This document shows, in pieces, positions 28,201-38,308 of a DNA stretch of 64,000 bases (positions within the stretch are counted from its first letter, which is position 1; every line of letters starts with the position of its first letter). The stretch comes from Pecten maximus (taxonomy: Eukaryota). Below the pieces are notes generated by a model. It worked only from the letters and a program-made list of their open reading frames with translations. It searched no databases and was not told the DNA's origin. The position numbers and the translations under genes were made by a program. Location of the stretch: the NCBI RefSeq assembly GCF_902652985.1, contig NC_047018.1, positions 29,574,001-29,638,000 of the forward strand. Reading direction: 5' to 3'.

Positions 28201-31200
28201 TGGCATATCCGACATATTGCTAAAGATATAGAAACACTTTTTTAACATGACATAAATGTACGAAAGGTACTTGTGGCATGTTGCACATATTTGGAAATAT
28301 TGCATCTAAGACACGGCACCTTATGAATCATCAACTTTACTCCCATCAGAGAAAAACAGATCGGTGTATGTTTACTTAAGTTTATTTACTACGCTACATG
28401 TCCAAAGACAAAGAACTGTCCTACAGATATCGACTTAATAGAAATAGACGCTTCAAATGGATATATTTGACAACTAAAACACGTTCAGGAGTGTGTTGAC
28501 AAGGAAATGAACAGCAGTGGTCAAGAAACAGTAAATATTACATTAAAATATTATTTTATGTTGTGACAAATATTTGACGATATTTTTCCGTACGCAATTT
28601 TGTTCTTCGATTAATAAAATTTAATATAAAGAACAATTATAAAAACTTTGAAAATCGTTAACTTGTTTCCATGTTGAGTACATAGATAACATAGTAATCA
28701 GACAGCTCGTGCTATACAACTTCCCAGAGATTAGGTACGTCTACAAGCATGTGGGAATTAGATTAGGAGTTCAAGGTCAAAAATTGATATACATAAGACA
28801 AAAGTAAATCATTGCGGGCTTACCGTCGAACGCTCCTAGGAATCCGTTCTGTCTGCACACAATTTCTGCTGATGTCATGTTCCAGTTATCTTCACAGATT
28901 GGGTAGAACATCCGTGTCTTTGAGTTCCACATTTCAACACGTCCCTCACCGAACTCGGGGCCGTTGACAAGCCGCACGGCGCCTACACATAGCAATGCAT
29001 ATTGTACTTATCTTTATATTTGTATAGTTTCAAACAAATACTTGTAATAGGAATTCAATTATTACCTTCATAAACTACTGTACAAGCCACTTATGAAACC
29101 ATAAATCTATATTACTTGGCATTAACATTGGAACCTTGCTTACTTTGGCACTTGATACCTTCACAGGTACCATACTGGATTGTGTCCCCTTTACAGTACC
29201 GATCCACTCCTGGTACGCCATTGTATAAACACGTCCTTGACCTTTGTTTGGTGCCACGTCCACACGTGTGGTTGGTAGTACACACACTCCATTCTCCCCA
29301 GTTGTCCCAGACTGTAGAAAAGTAAGTTTAGTATAGAGTCCTCTGAACTTTGAAAGTAGATTCTGATAATATAATGATACATGTAAATATATCAAGGAAT
29401 ATCTGTATTGTTTCAATAATACTGCACAGTATCAAGATTCCACATTGTAGCCCCATACCTACACAATATTCTACAAGGCTTCAGTATTTTTTACCAATCG
29501 CAAAAGAGGATTGCAGATCATCGGATTATGAATGTATTGTTGTCTGTCTACCGAATGATATTGAAAACATGCTGAGAAAAATACGAAAATCGCGAAGGAT
29601 AGATAGGTAAAGGCATTCCGAGATTATTTGGCGGGAAACAATCATGACGTTTATGAAATTCTAGCTGAAAGATGCCGTAGGCCTTTGAGTGAAGTTGAGG
29701 GATGCGAGATACTACTTCAGTAGTAATTTCATATCATCAGTAACGATAGAATTTAAGCAATGTATGTATAACTCTAAACAATTCGCGTAAATTTTCAAAT
29801 TAATATGAATATTGTTTGTTGATTTGAATTAATTATGTATTGAGTTCAGATAATGTATTGCGAAGATGTTTCATATAATAAAAAAAATCCTTCGAAAGGC
29901 GATCTTTCTTATTGCCTCAAGATTCGGGGAATATGATCTCTCTCAGGTTAACAGATATTGTTTGCACCTAAACAATATCAATAAATTATATTGTATAGTG
30001 TATCTACAAGGTAGCCCCTTATCTAGACAATATTCTACAAGGTTACCCCTCACCTAGACAATATTCTACAATGTAGTCCCTTACCTAGACAATATTCTAC
30101 ATTGTTGTCCCTTATCTAGACAATATTCTACATTGTTGCCCCTTATCTGGACAATATCATACAAGGCAGCCCCTCACCTAGACAATATTCTTCATCGTTA
30201 CCCCTTACCTAGACAATATTCTACATTGTACCCATTACTTAGACAATATTCTACATCGTTGCCCCTTACCTAGACAATATTCTACATTGTACCCCTTACC
30301 CAGACAATATTCTACATGACAGCCCCTTATCTAGACAATATTCAACATCGTTGTCCCTTACCTAGACAATGTTCTACATTGTTACCCCTTACCTAGACAA
30401 TATTTTACATGCAAGCCCCTTACCTGGACAATATTATACATATCATTCCCTTACAGGACAACACTAGTCTTCCCTTACAGTCGACATATATACATGTAGT
30501 ACAGTTCCTTACTTGGACATTTCTTAAATGGACAAAAGTCATAGTCTTCTTCAGGTCCAAAACAGTGTCTGGCGTCGACGGACGTGTCAGTTTCTTTGTC
30601 CATACACTGACGTATCCGATGTCGTCGGCTGTTTCCACAAGTAGCTGAGCACGCGCCCCAGTCCGACCAGTCCGACCATTCTATAGTGTGAGCTGTCAAA
30701 GGGAGAATACTGCATCACAAAGCTGAAATATCATATAGGTCAGTTTGCTTATCATAATAACGCATTATATGTAACTAGGTTCTCTTAAAGATTCCTGATG
30801 GAACTGTCGTCGATGTAGCAGAAGACGTTCACTCTTCCTGGACATCTAGTCTCGTTCTATCTGTACTTTTTTCATGAATTACCAAGCAAATGTTTTTTTT
30901 ATCATTTATTGTACCCTTGATTGATCGTTTTTGAGTTTGAATTATGGTTCTGTTAAGTCAATATTCTTGTAATTATGAAATACTTGAGTTTAGGTTGAGA
31001 TGCGCTATAGCCAGGGAATGAAGTTGTATCGTGAGTAGAATGAATAACATCTTGTTTCTCTTTGACTAACAAATGACCCCCAGACAACTCCTTACAATTC
31101 ATCTCCTAAGATTTGTTTGATTTGTTTTTCAATAAGCAATCATCAGAATACATCATGCATTTCTAAATACCTTTAACGTCACAGTTGGTTCCTGTCCACC

Positions 31201-34200
31201 CGTCGGCGCAGAGGCACAAATACGTCCGATCCCCGTTGATGGTTTGAGTGTCCAGACAGCGGCCACCATTCTGACATGGGAAATTTCCACAAGGACCCAC
31301 GGCTTTCTACAACGACATAAACTATTAATGCAACACAATATGACTGAGAACTGAGATAGAACATGGAACAAGTACACTACATACTAGCAGTACGTTGTAT
31401 ATGCTTCTCTCAAAGAGGTAAAATCGTCAAAGCAATCTGTAGTTTGGAGCCACATCTGTCAAAGAAACATCTAGTACCTTTAAAGAAGAAACCATCTACT
31501 TAAGACAACGTACATACCATCAAGGGACAGTTTGAAATGCGAACTGTTTGGTATATGCCACTATATTACATTTTTACGATTGATTGGGAGATCGGATCCG
31601 TATTTGATCAGAGCGATATCTGTCACACTTAAATATATTAAAGGTTCCAGCAGTATGGCTGTCTCATGCATGATATTTGTAAATGTCCATGTGAATTTAA
31701 CCGCAACTTGCAATAGAGTAGACGAAATAATAGATGCTTTGTTAACCAATCTTTGTTGGAGTTATGTGATGTTTATACTATATTAAATCTGATATCAGTG
31801 TGAAGATATCACATTTACATGTACATATATGTGTGTTATTCACAAATCGAAACGCATGTTATGTTTACTGCATTCAAAGCTGCAGGTCTGTGACGATACA
31901 ATTGATGTTACTATTTTGACACTTGAGAACATACACTCATCTAACGAATTACATTTATAAAGTTTTATAAGTAGACCTTGTCGAAAACGGTAGAATTGTG
32001 TTAAATAGCTCGTCATGGGCGCACAGCTTTGTTGTCAAGCGGGGTGTCATAGGAATTCATTATAACTTACCCACAATGCAACATCACTGTTATAGCTGTA
32101 GGTACTTTATTGTTAATTTCTATGATTTTGATGTCATTCAAACGCTTAATACTATATAATTAATATAAAATTAGATGCAGGCATTTTCATTTGTTTTAAC
32201 ACTCATTAAACATATCATTTCTGGTGTATTTGTGAAATATTTATGGGAACATAATCCTGATTAGTAAAATGTTGTCTCATTGATGGAGACAAAAGAAACT
32301 TCCGTGAACGAAAACTACGAGTAATAAAAGTAGTATTTCTCCAGACATATTCTGAAAACGTTTATCAAAATACAATGGTTTAAACTCTCGTTTTGTTATA
32401 CATAGAAAGCGTGACGTCACTTCACGCTTTTGTTTTGATAATGAAAAATGTAGTTCCCTCAATCGTCGTCAAAACGTTGAAATAAATATCCGTCTATTGA
32501 AAAGCTGAAAGGACATAAAAATGGAACCAAACCCCATATATTAATACATGAAATATATAAAAGATAGAATATAAAAAGGGTATTTTATTAATAATTGATT
32601 TATTTAACATGTTCAATAATTTTTTTTATACTTTATGAATACTTGTGTATTTATGGCGTTCTAGTGCCTGGATACATTCAATAATGGACTGATATTCGAG
32701 ACAAACTTCGCCATTATTTTGTACATTCATGATAAAATTTCTTTCATCTGTGTTTGAACGTTGTGTTAAACTACCATTAGAGATAAGGGGGGAAACTCGA
32801 ACTGGGTTAACGTGGAGGTCGCTGGTCAAGAGGAAAATTGAATGAAGTATACATGTAGGTAATGCGCAAGTAGTAGCAAATCATGTCTATTTAATTGTAT
32901 CTAGCGGAGAATGGTTGGAAAGGAAACTAAGGGCAATAGAATAAATTGCCCCTGAAATAGTTTTGCTCGTGAATATTTCATCCCAAAGCAGACCTTTAGA
33001 TTAAATAACAGGAAGTGGGTTGGTAGGAATTACAGCGGAACATACATCGATAGTATCGATCTGTACCATGGTTCTACTGTGGTTTACAGGTATCTCTCGT
33101 CATTAATTAATCCTATCACGACTACCTATGTCCGCTCGGTACGATATGTTTGCGTGTTATGTCAATATGGCAACGAGGGCGTCTAATTGGCTAATCGATA
33201 ACACGCAGCGGGACTATCACAAGGAATGGGCTGCATGCGCAATACTGTTACATTATTGCAGCAGAAATACAGTGATGGTTGTTTTTGCGGTTACAATCAA
33301 AGCGCTCCAGGACCAGCAGACCATCTTTAGAATTCTGATAAGCGTCCATGTCACATGTCATTTGTTATGTAAACAAACCGTCGTTCTAACTAAAAGTCAA
33401 TAAAACGTGGACAAAGCATGAACAAAAAGTATATTAGACTTTTTTATACAATTTTTCTGTCATAAAACGACACAATATACGACAGTTCCACCACCATGTT
33501 TGACCTTAAGAGAGGAAGACAATTTACCCTACGTTTAAATGTTGTTCTAGTAAACATTGATTTTAACAATAACTCGCGCTACTACTCAAAGCTGTTTGCA
33601 AGATGATTGTTAACAAAATCGGCTGTATATCCCAGAGAGCCGGATCTAAAGCTCAACTAATCATTGCATAAAGGACTTTGCATCACATGGCATGACCTGG
33701 CCCTGTGACTTCCGTGATTGACCTAAAACCCAGACTGTTACTAGATAAGGCGAGTCGATTGACCTGAAACCCAGACTGAAATGCATCTGGTGAATTCCCA
33801 GTCGGCAGGACGTTTGTCTCTTATTCCCAGTCGGCAGGACGTTTGTCTCTTATGCCCAGTCGGCATGACGTTTGTCTCTAATTATTTATGTTAAATGTTT
33901 TATTCGAAATCCATGATATCTGCCTATCCAGACGTATCTGCAACTGGCGTTCAAAATGTTAAAATCTGTTTCGTGCAAACCACACAGATATTTTGTCTGT
34001 TTGTGTATTTGATGAATATTAAAATAGTAATGCTTGTTTGTGAAATCGAGGCTATTACGGTAATCGAGTAACATTTGAATGGTTTTATTTTATTTTTTTT
34101 TAGTCCTCGAGTATTAGTGTAAACATGCATGACACTTTAAACAAAATAATGATGATTGGGAAGATAACAATGTACTCTATATTTCTTTTAAAGCTATTCT

Positions 34201-35296
34201 ATATCCAACGATCTCAACGTATAAGAAGTGATAAAATATTACAATTCCACGGACTTTTTCTTTACGGGAATATCATCAAGCATGTTCTATCCGGCAATCA
34301 GTGAACAGCAACTCGTGACAATATTTTCAACTTCCTACGGCTGTTGTACCTCCGAGATTCTCTGAAAACGTCTGCCTCTCCAACACTCACAAGGAACGAA
34401 ATATCGAACTATCCTAGACTGTGTTTCACTGCACTCCCTCTCATGTCTTGTGATGTTGCGTGTTCGGTATGCTTCTGTTATGCAGGTGTTATTTTTTGTG
34501 ATATATTGTCGTCTTTAAATATCAATCTCGGGAAGCTTGCCGTGTGTTTAATTTTGTATAATACAACATTATAGGAATGTATTTCCTTAATGTACGACCA
34601 ATTCATGAAAATTGCTGTTAGTGTTAAGTAAAATTCTATTCCTTAGAGAAGCTGGATTTGAACTTTTTTCCAATCAACGAAACGAAATGACGACAATGGC
34701 TTTAAAAAAATTCAATTACATTTTCTATTCTACTGTTTATTAACTAAACTGCCAGTAATTCCTAAGAACTTTCTGAACAAAGACAATGTTGGTTCAATAC
34801 TTGCAGTATAAAAATTTTGGGGGGGGGGGGAATCTAGATTTTGCTACCAACAACAATTTTCATTTGATTCTGTAAGGACAAAAGAGAACAAAAATGTCGA
34901 TGATTCCTGAACTATTTTAAGACAGTATATACAGGTACTCACGGAGTCCAAAGAGAAAGCGTTTCGGAGGTGATACTCAGCTGTCGGCGTGTCTGTGACC
35001 TTCAAGTCTTGGGGGTACTCGATTTGTGACGCGTCGTTCAGCTGACACGACCGGATACTGGCGTCAAAGTTGAAGGACTGGCACCTGATGTTGAGGAAAC
35101 ACTCCATGGCGCAGTGGGTAACCTGGTACTTGGTACTAAACTCCTTGATAACATGGTTCTCAAAAACCTTTCCCGGGAAGGACAGCTCATTATTCCGAGT
35201 AAATCTGGCCTTGATTACACCATACTGTGAGGTAGTGGACACTGTCCCCAACCCCACGGACACCAGGAGACATACTACTATACGTCTCGGTATCAT
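7224..35296 (-). CDS. large secreted multi-TSR mosaic protein (SP-PAN-EGF-TSRx2-SRCR-TSRx25-CASPR-type fibrinogen-like), about 1978 aa, 34 coding exons; would probably be auto-annotated as SCO-spondin/hemicentin/coadhesin-like
   Basis: All exons are bounded by AG/GT on the minus strand and join in frame (5937 nt including stop). 27 TSR exons carry WxxWxxC-xxT/SC-xxG-RxRxC motifs. N-terminal hydrophobic signal [21 protein letters not shown]; no transmembrane segment before the stop. Confidence 0.88.
8397..8852 (-). CDS. fibrinogen-like (CASPR/neurexin-IV-type) domain exon 2
   Basis: [12 protein letters not shown]...[60 protein letters not shown] resembles the CASPR motif CxCG...C...CNCD...D.G.L..K..LPV....GDT. 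Confidence 0.9.
9374..9526 (-). CDS. fibrinogen-like (CASPR-type) domain exon 1
   Basis: [50 protein letters not shown] (C.DL...VxCDM...GxT motif). Confidence 0.88.
10307..10483 (-). CDS. TSR27 exon (177 nt)
   Basis: [40 protein letters not shown]...CHTYACRPF. Confidence 0.92.
11793..11957 (-). CDS. TSR26 exon (165 nt)
   Basis: [54 protein letters not shown]. Confidence 0.93.
12283..12687. repeat. 31-45-bp tandem repeat containing the 3' end and donor of TSR25, with a 120-bp higher-order duplication
   Basis: gtactaggacaggtgtgttcgttaca recurs about 9-10 times; 12421-12540 is nearly identical to 12541-12660. Confidence 0.9.
12665..12829 (-). CDS. TSR25 exon (165 nt; missed by the ORF track)
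   Basis: [54 protein letters not shown]. Confidence 0.93.
13721..13885 (-). CDS. TSR24 exon (165 nt)
   Basis: [28 protein letters not shown]...CNTHECP. Confidence 0.93.
13980..14144 (-). CDS. TSR23 exon (165 nt)
   Basis: [54 protein letters not shown]. Confidence 0.93.
14565..14729 (-). CDS. TSR22 exon (165 nt)
   Basis: [28 protein letters not shown]...CNMHECP. Confidence 0.93.
15193..15357 (-). CDS. TSR21 exon (165 nt) with F-spondin-type cysteine pattern
   Basis: [54 protein letters not shown]. Confidence 0.93.
15603..15767 (-). CDS. TSR20 exon (165 nt)
   Basis: [28 protein letters not shown]...CNTHECP. Confidence 0.93.
16355..16519 (-). CDS. TSR19 exon (165 nt)
   Basis: [28 protein letters not shown]...CFPRPCP. 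Confidence 0.93.
16840..17004 (-). CDS. TSR18 exon (165 nt)
   Basis: [28 protein letters not shown]...CNSHECP. Confidence 0.93.
17679..17843 (-). CDS. TSR17 exon (165 nt, weak donor GTGCTG)
   Basis: [28 protein letters not shown]...CNLRPCP. Confidence 0.9.
18688..18852 (-). CDS. TSR16 exon (165 nt)
   Basis: [28 protein letters not shown]...CNEQKCP. Confidence 0.93.
18980..19144 (-). CDS. TSR15 exon (165 nt)
   Basis: [28 protein letters not shown]...CNIDPCP. Confidence 0.93.
19460..19624 (-). CDS. TSR14 exon (165 nt; missed by the ORF track)
   Basis: [54 protein letters not shown]. Confidence 0.93.
20844..21008 (-). CDS. TSR13 exon (165 nt)
   Basis: [28 protein letters not shown]...CNPSNCP. 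Confidence 0.93.
21260..21424 (-). CDS. TSR12 exon (165 nt)
   Basis: [28 protein letters not shown]...CNSFFCP. Confidence 0.93.
21685..21849 (-). CDS. TSR11 exon (165 nt)
   Basis: [28 protein letters not shown]...CNTHECP. Confidence 0.93.
22543..22707 (-). CDS. TSR10 exon (165 nt)
   Basis: [28 protein letters not shown]...CNTHFCP. Confidence 0.93.
22905..23069 (-). CDS. TSR9 exon (165 nt)
   Basis: [28 protein letters not shown]...CNMHNCP. Confidence 0.93.
23256..23420 (-). CDS. TSR8 exon (165 nt)
   Basis: [28 protein letters not shown]...CVTLNCP. Confidence 0.93.
24325..24489 (-). CDS. TSR7 exon (165 nt)
   Basis: [28 protein letters not shown]...CNDFPCP. Confidence 0.93.
24956..25120 (-). 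CDS. TSR6 exon (165 nt)
   Basis: [28 protein letters not shown]...CNAFSCP. Confidence 0.93.
25294..25458 (-). CDS. TSR5 exon (165 nt)
   Basis: [28 protein letters not shown]...CYPRECP. Confidence 0.93.
26085..26231 (-). CDS. TSR4 exon (147 nt, short, weak donor GTACTG)
   Basis: [48 protein letters not shown]. Confidence 0.75.
27120..27290 (-). CDS. TSR3 exon (171 nt)
   Basis: [42 protein letters not shown]...CP. Confidence 0.92.
28010..28153 (-). CDS. SRCR domain, C-terminal half
   Basis: [47 protein letters not shown] (CxGxE..xC...C...AGVxC). Confidence 0.88.
28824..28982 (-). CDS. SRCR domain, N-terminal half
   Basis: [52 protein letters not shown] matches SRCR signature VRLVxG...GRVE...CDDxW...VCRQLG. 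Confidence 0.92.
29144..29311 (-). CDS. TSR2 exon (168 nt)
   Basis: [55 protein letters not shown]. Confidence 0.92.
30003..30470. repeat. about 31-bp minisatellite, about 15 copies, next to the TSR1 donor
   Basis: ctagacaata at 30023, 30054, 30085, 30116...; unit ccccttacctagacaatattctacattgtt; isolated copy near 29445-29478. Confidence 0.92.
30513..30692 (-). CDS. TSR1 exon (180 nt)
   Basis: [29 protein letters not shown]...CPFKKCP. Confidence 0.92.
31171..31306 (-). CDS. TSR gene exon: EGF-like domain
   Basis: [45 protein letters not shown]; phase 0 to 1; this frame is absent from the ORF track. Confidence 0.92.
33795..33879. repeat. 29-bp tandem repeat, 3 copies
   Basis: ttcccagtcggcaggacgtttgtctctta x3. 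Confidence 0.9.
34943..35296 (-). CDS. TSR gene coding exon 1: signal peptide plus PAN/apple domain
   Basis: [17 protein letters not shown]...[31 protein letters not shown]...LDS|gtgagt; upstream acceptor candidate at 35437-35438. Confidence 0.85.
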
Positions 35297-35808
35297 TGGG
35301 TCAAGCGATTTTTCTATACTCAGTAATGTTTTCCTATGTCCGTACAAGATGCTGTCTTTCCCCTGTCTGCCCGTTCGCCCAGAATCCTCCGGCCTAGATC
35401 AGTATGGCCAGATTAATAATTAATGTAATTATCTACCTGTTGAACATAGGTGTTGTTCAGATACCCGCGATTTTGATATTGCGCAGGTAAAGTCAGAAGT
35501 AAGAAATGCAATCGAAGGTTTTTGAATAAGTTATGAGTTTCTTATTCCGCCAGAGTAGTAATGAGCCACAGGAGGGTACAGGTAGCCAGGTATATTGGTC
35601 ATGAAGTTGGTTTAAGAAGGTAAGAAAGCTTGGAAGGAGTGACGGGGGCGCCTTGGATAGGAGAAAAAAAATACATATGATACTGGGATTAAAATAAAAC
35701 AATGGTACAGGTAAAGCGCACATCATCATAAAAAAAAGGCTGGATGACGATTTCTTGATGAACACTTCGATACTTTGATATATTTAAGGTGAATACAATA
35801 TCCTTTTG

Positions 35809-35981
35809 TAGGGTGGTTTTTTTTTTGTGCCATTTCATCTTTTCGACTTTCCGACCCAAAAAGACGAAAATTAACAAACCTTATTTTTCGACTTTTCGGG
35901 TCGAAAAGACGAAATTCAAAGTTTGTTAATTTCGTATTTCGAAAAGTCGAAAAGACGAAATGGCACAAATCAGCCACCCTA
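35809..35981. mobile_element. MITE with long TIRs and 6-bp TSD (CTTTTG), IS3EU-like by termini and TSD length
   Basis: Termini tagggtgg...tgtgccatttcatcttttcgact / agtcgaaaagacgaaatggcacaaatcagccacccta; cttttg at 35803-35808 and 35982-35987. Confidence 0.75.
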
Positions 35982-36110
35982 CTTTTGCCTCTCTCTCTCG
36001 TATATAGCCCTTTGTAATTGAGCACTGAAGGCTGGTATTTGGTCTACTTTCTTTTAACACTACATATTAATGATTCAGTATATCTTGTCCTGGAATACAC
36101 TCGGTAGATG

Positions 36111-36300
36111 TTTACCTGTGTAATAACCCCGGAAATGACCACTGGCTGGCTAGTGTTAGACTAGACACTTCAATCAGAACAATAGTTTACCTGTGTAATA
36201 ACCCCGGTAATGAACACTGGCTCGCTAGTGTTAGACTAGACACTTCAAGCAGAACAATAGTTTACCTGTGTAATTATATCGGTAATGACCACTGGCTATC
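36111..36300. repeat. 75-bp tandem repeat, about 2.5 copies, resuming at about 37432-37472 after a LINE insertion
   Basis: tttacctgtgtaataaccccgg...cagaacaatag at 36111, 36186, 36261; gcagaacaatagtttacctgt again at about 37451. Confidence 0.88.
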
Positions 36301-37425
36301 TTAGTTTAGTTTAGTTTATTTCCGAATGTAGCACAACATATAGGAATTACATAATACATAAACGTACATTAAAATTCATTTGAACAAGATGGCGCAGAAC
36401 ACAACCGATATAATTATAATTCATACCATTACACACATGTATATAACACACTCTCTAAAGCAAGCAAAATAACGAAACTTGACAAATACTGTCTAATGCA
36501 ATTCAGTTATTGAGTAGAATATTCTTTTGGACGAAGTATGCATTAGGTATTTACTGAAATTTCTTAAAGTTTTAACATTTTTACTTGCATATAATTCAAT
36601 TAACTTGAATACAGAAGGGCGGCGATAAAAATACGGCTTGGTGTACAATCTTCTCAACTCTAAATAAACTGGACATAATAATATGAAATGGGTTTCATCT
36701 TCAACTTCCCTTCTATTACATAATACACACAGTCTCTACCAGTTTCAACACTTAAATCGTGTGCTTGTATTCTAAACTTAGTAAGTACATTTCTAAATTT
36801 AAATTGAGATACAACTGCAATTCAAATCGATCCACAATATGCTGATATAAAATACATTTAGAAGAATTTTCGAAATTGTTTCTCAACTCGGATAAAAATA
36901 TCATGCACCCGTTGTGTATATAACAGCAAAAAATGTTTTTCATTAGGAACACACTTGGTCAACCAGACGTCATAAAATCCGAAACTACTAAGCTCATGCT
37001 TTACACGATACATGAGATTCATTTTACATCTTGACTTTACTACGTTAAGCTCTACAAGTTCATTATAACATGATTTTAAAACACAATTATCCGTGTTCAG
37101 AAGTTTAATCCAATATTTTAAAACAGAAATCTTGTGACTAATTTGTAAACGGAAACCATGGAAGAATTGGCGGTCTTTTTTATACTAAGTACATTTTTTA
37201 AGAACAGTAAGTGTACTTTCTCCAACTATGGTGCCGGACAAAATCCCTAAACTTCACATCCATAGTTCAGTAAACATGAAATATATGTATCAAATAATGA
37301 CAATTTAGTTTCACAATTTAACATAAATCTTTTCATTTTCTTGTTTAACAAGAAGTAAGATTTTTCTGGCTTGTGTAGCAAGTTATGCAAAGCAACAGTA
37401 AATTCACAATTATAAATAAAAATTA
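36301..37425 (-). mobile_element. 5'-truncated, degraded non-LTR retrotransposon (RTE-X/L2-like ORF2 C-terminus)
   Basis: Minus strand encodes KLSLFDTYISCLLNYGCEV*GF and a CCHC region RLCVLCNRREVEDETHFILLCPVYLELRRLY...PSVFKLIEL; 3' tail AATAAA(CTAAA)n at 36301-36320; stops and frameshifts present. Confidence 0.85.
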
Positions 37426-38260
37426 GACCAAAGTTAGACCAGCACTTTAAGCAGAACAATAGTTTACCTGTACACATGTGAATTTATAAAACTAGGCCTA
37501 GGACAGAAATACGTCGACATTTTAATCGTATTCCACATAATTTATTATAAGATTTTACATATCACCAGGAAAATATGCTTTTAATTAACAATTAACTTTA
37601 ACAAACTGTACTCTAAAAATAATCGGTATAACACGTGTAGATGTCTAATGTTAAACTGGTTTAGAGCGTTTCACTGGAATTTTTAGGAAGTTACACGTAT
37701 AATGCCATTTAGACCACGTCTTCAGTGCGCTTCTCGATTTTTTTGTCTACTGTCTCCATGGACTTTGTCTGAGTGTGATGGGGTATTACATAATTGTGAT
37801 GTTTATCAGAACAGTGGGTGAAATCGAAATTTCCTTGTTTATGCCAAACGAAATATTAAGGCGTTTGATCCCAAATAATGTTTATCTTTCAAAACTTCCT
37901 CATCACGAAATCCATGTCAACAAGGCAGATAGACTTTTGAAAGATAAACATCCTGACAAATATTGTTTATTTATTCATTTATTTGATTAAGTTGGGTTCT
38001 ATCTCAGTTCAGCTTCAGTTGATCATACAAATACTAAAACATATATTTGTTTGCTTGAGGAGTTCCTTCTTATTTACTGTCATTTGTATAGAATTATTTT
38101 TCATCATTAACTGTTAATAAGGAATTTCGTACCACGATGAAAAATCCACCTTCACTAAGACATGAAACAAGAAATAATGACGGATTTGAGGTATTTAGCT
38201 TTCAATTCATTGATTGGAATACGCGAAACATTGTGGTGTTTTTAGTATTTCTATGTTTGC

Positions 38261-38308
38261 TGTTTCCGAATGGAGAGACTTTTATCTGCCGGAAATGAGA
38301 ACGGGATA
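38261..38308. repeat. 48-bp dispersed repeat, copy 1
   Basis: tgtttccgaatggagagacttttatctgccggaaatgagaacgggata; one mismatch to 46060-46107. Confidence 0.9.

Noticed and set aside
7224-35296. Naming the gene SSPO, HMCN1, CNTNAP or ADGRB
   Set aside because: Diagnostic vWD/LDLa, Ig, LamG or GAIN-7TM domains are absent
35297-35347. Upstream start MYGHRKT in the ORF track
   Set aside because: It is a non-ATG (TTG) start; the ATG at 35296 directly precedes the signal peptide
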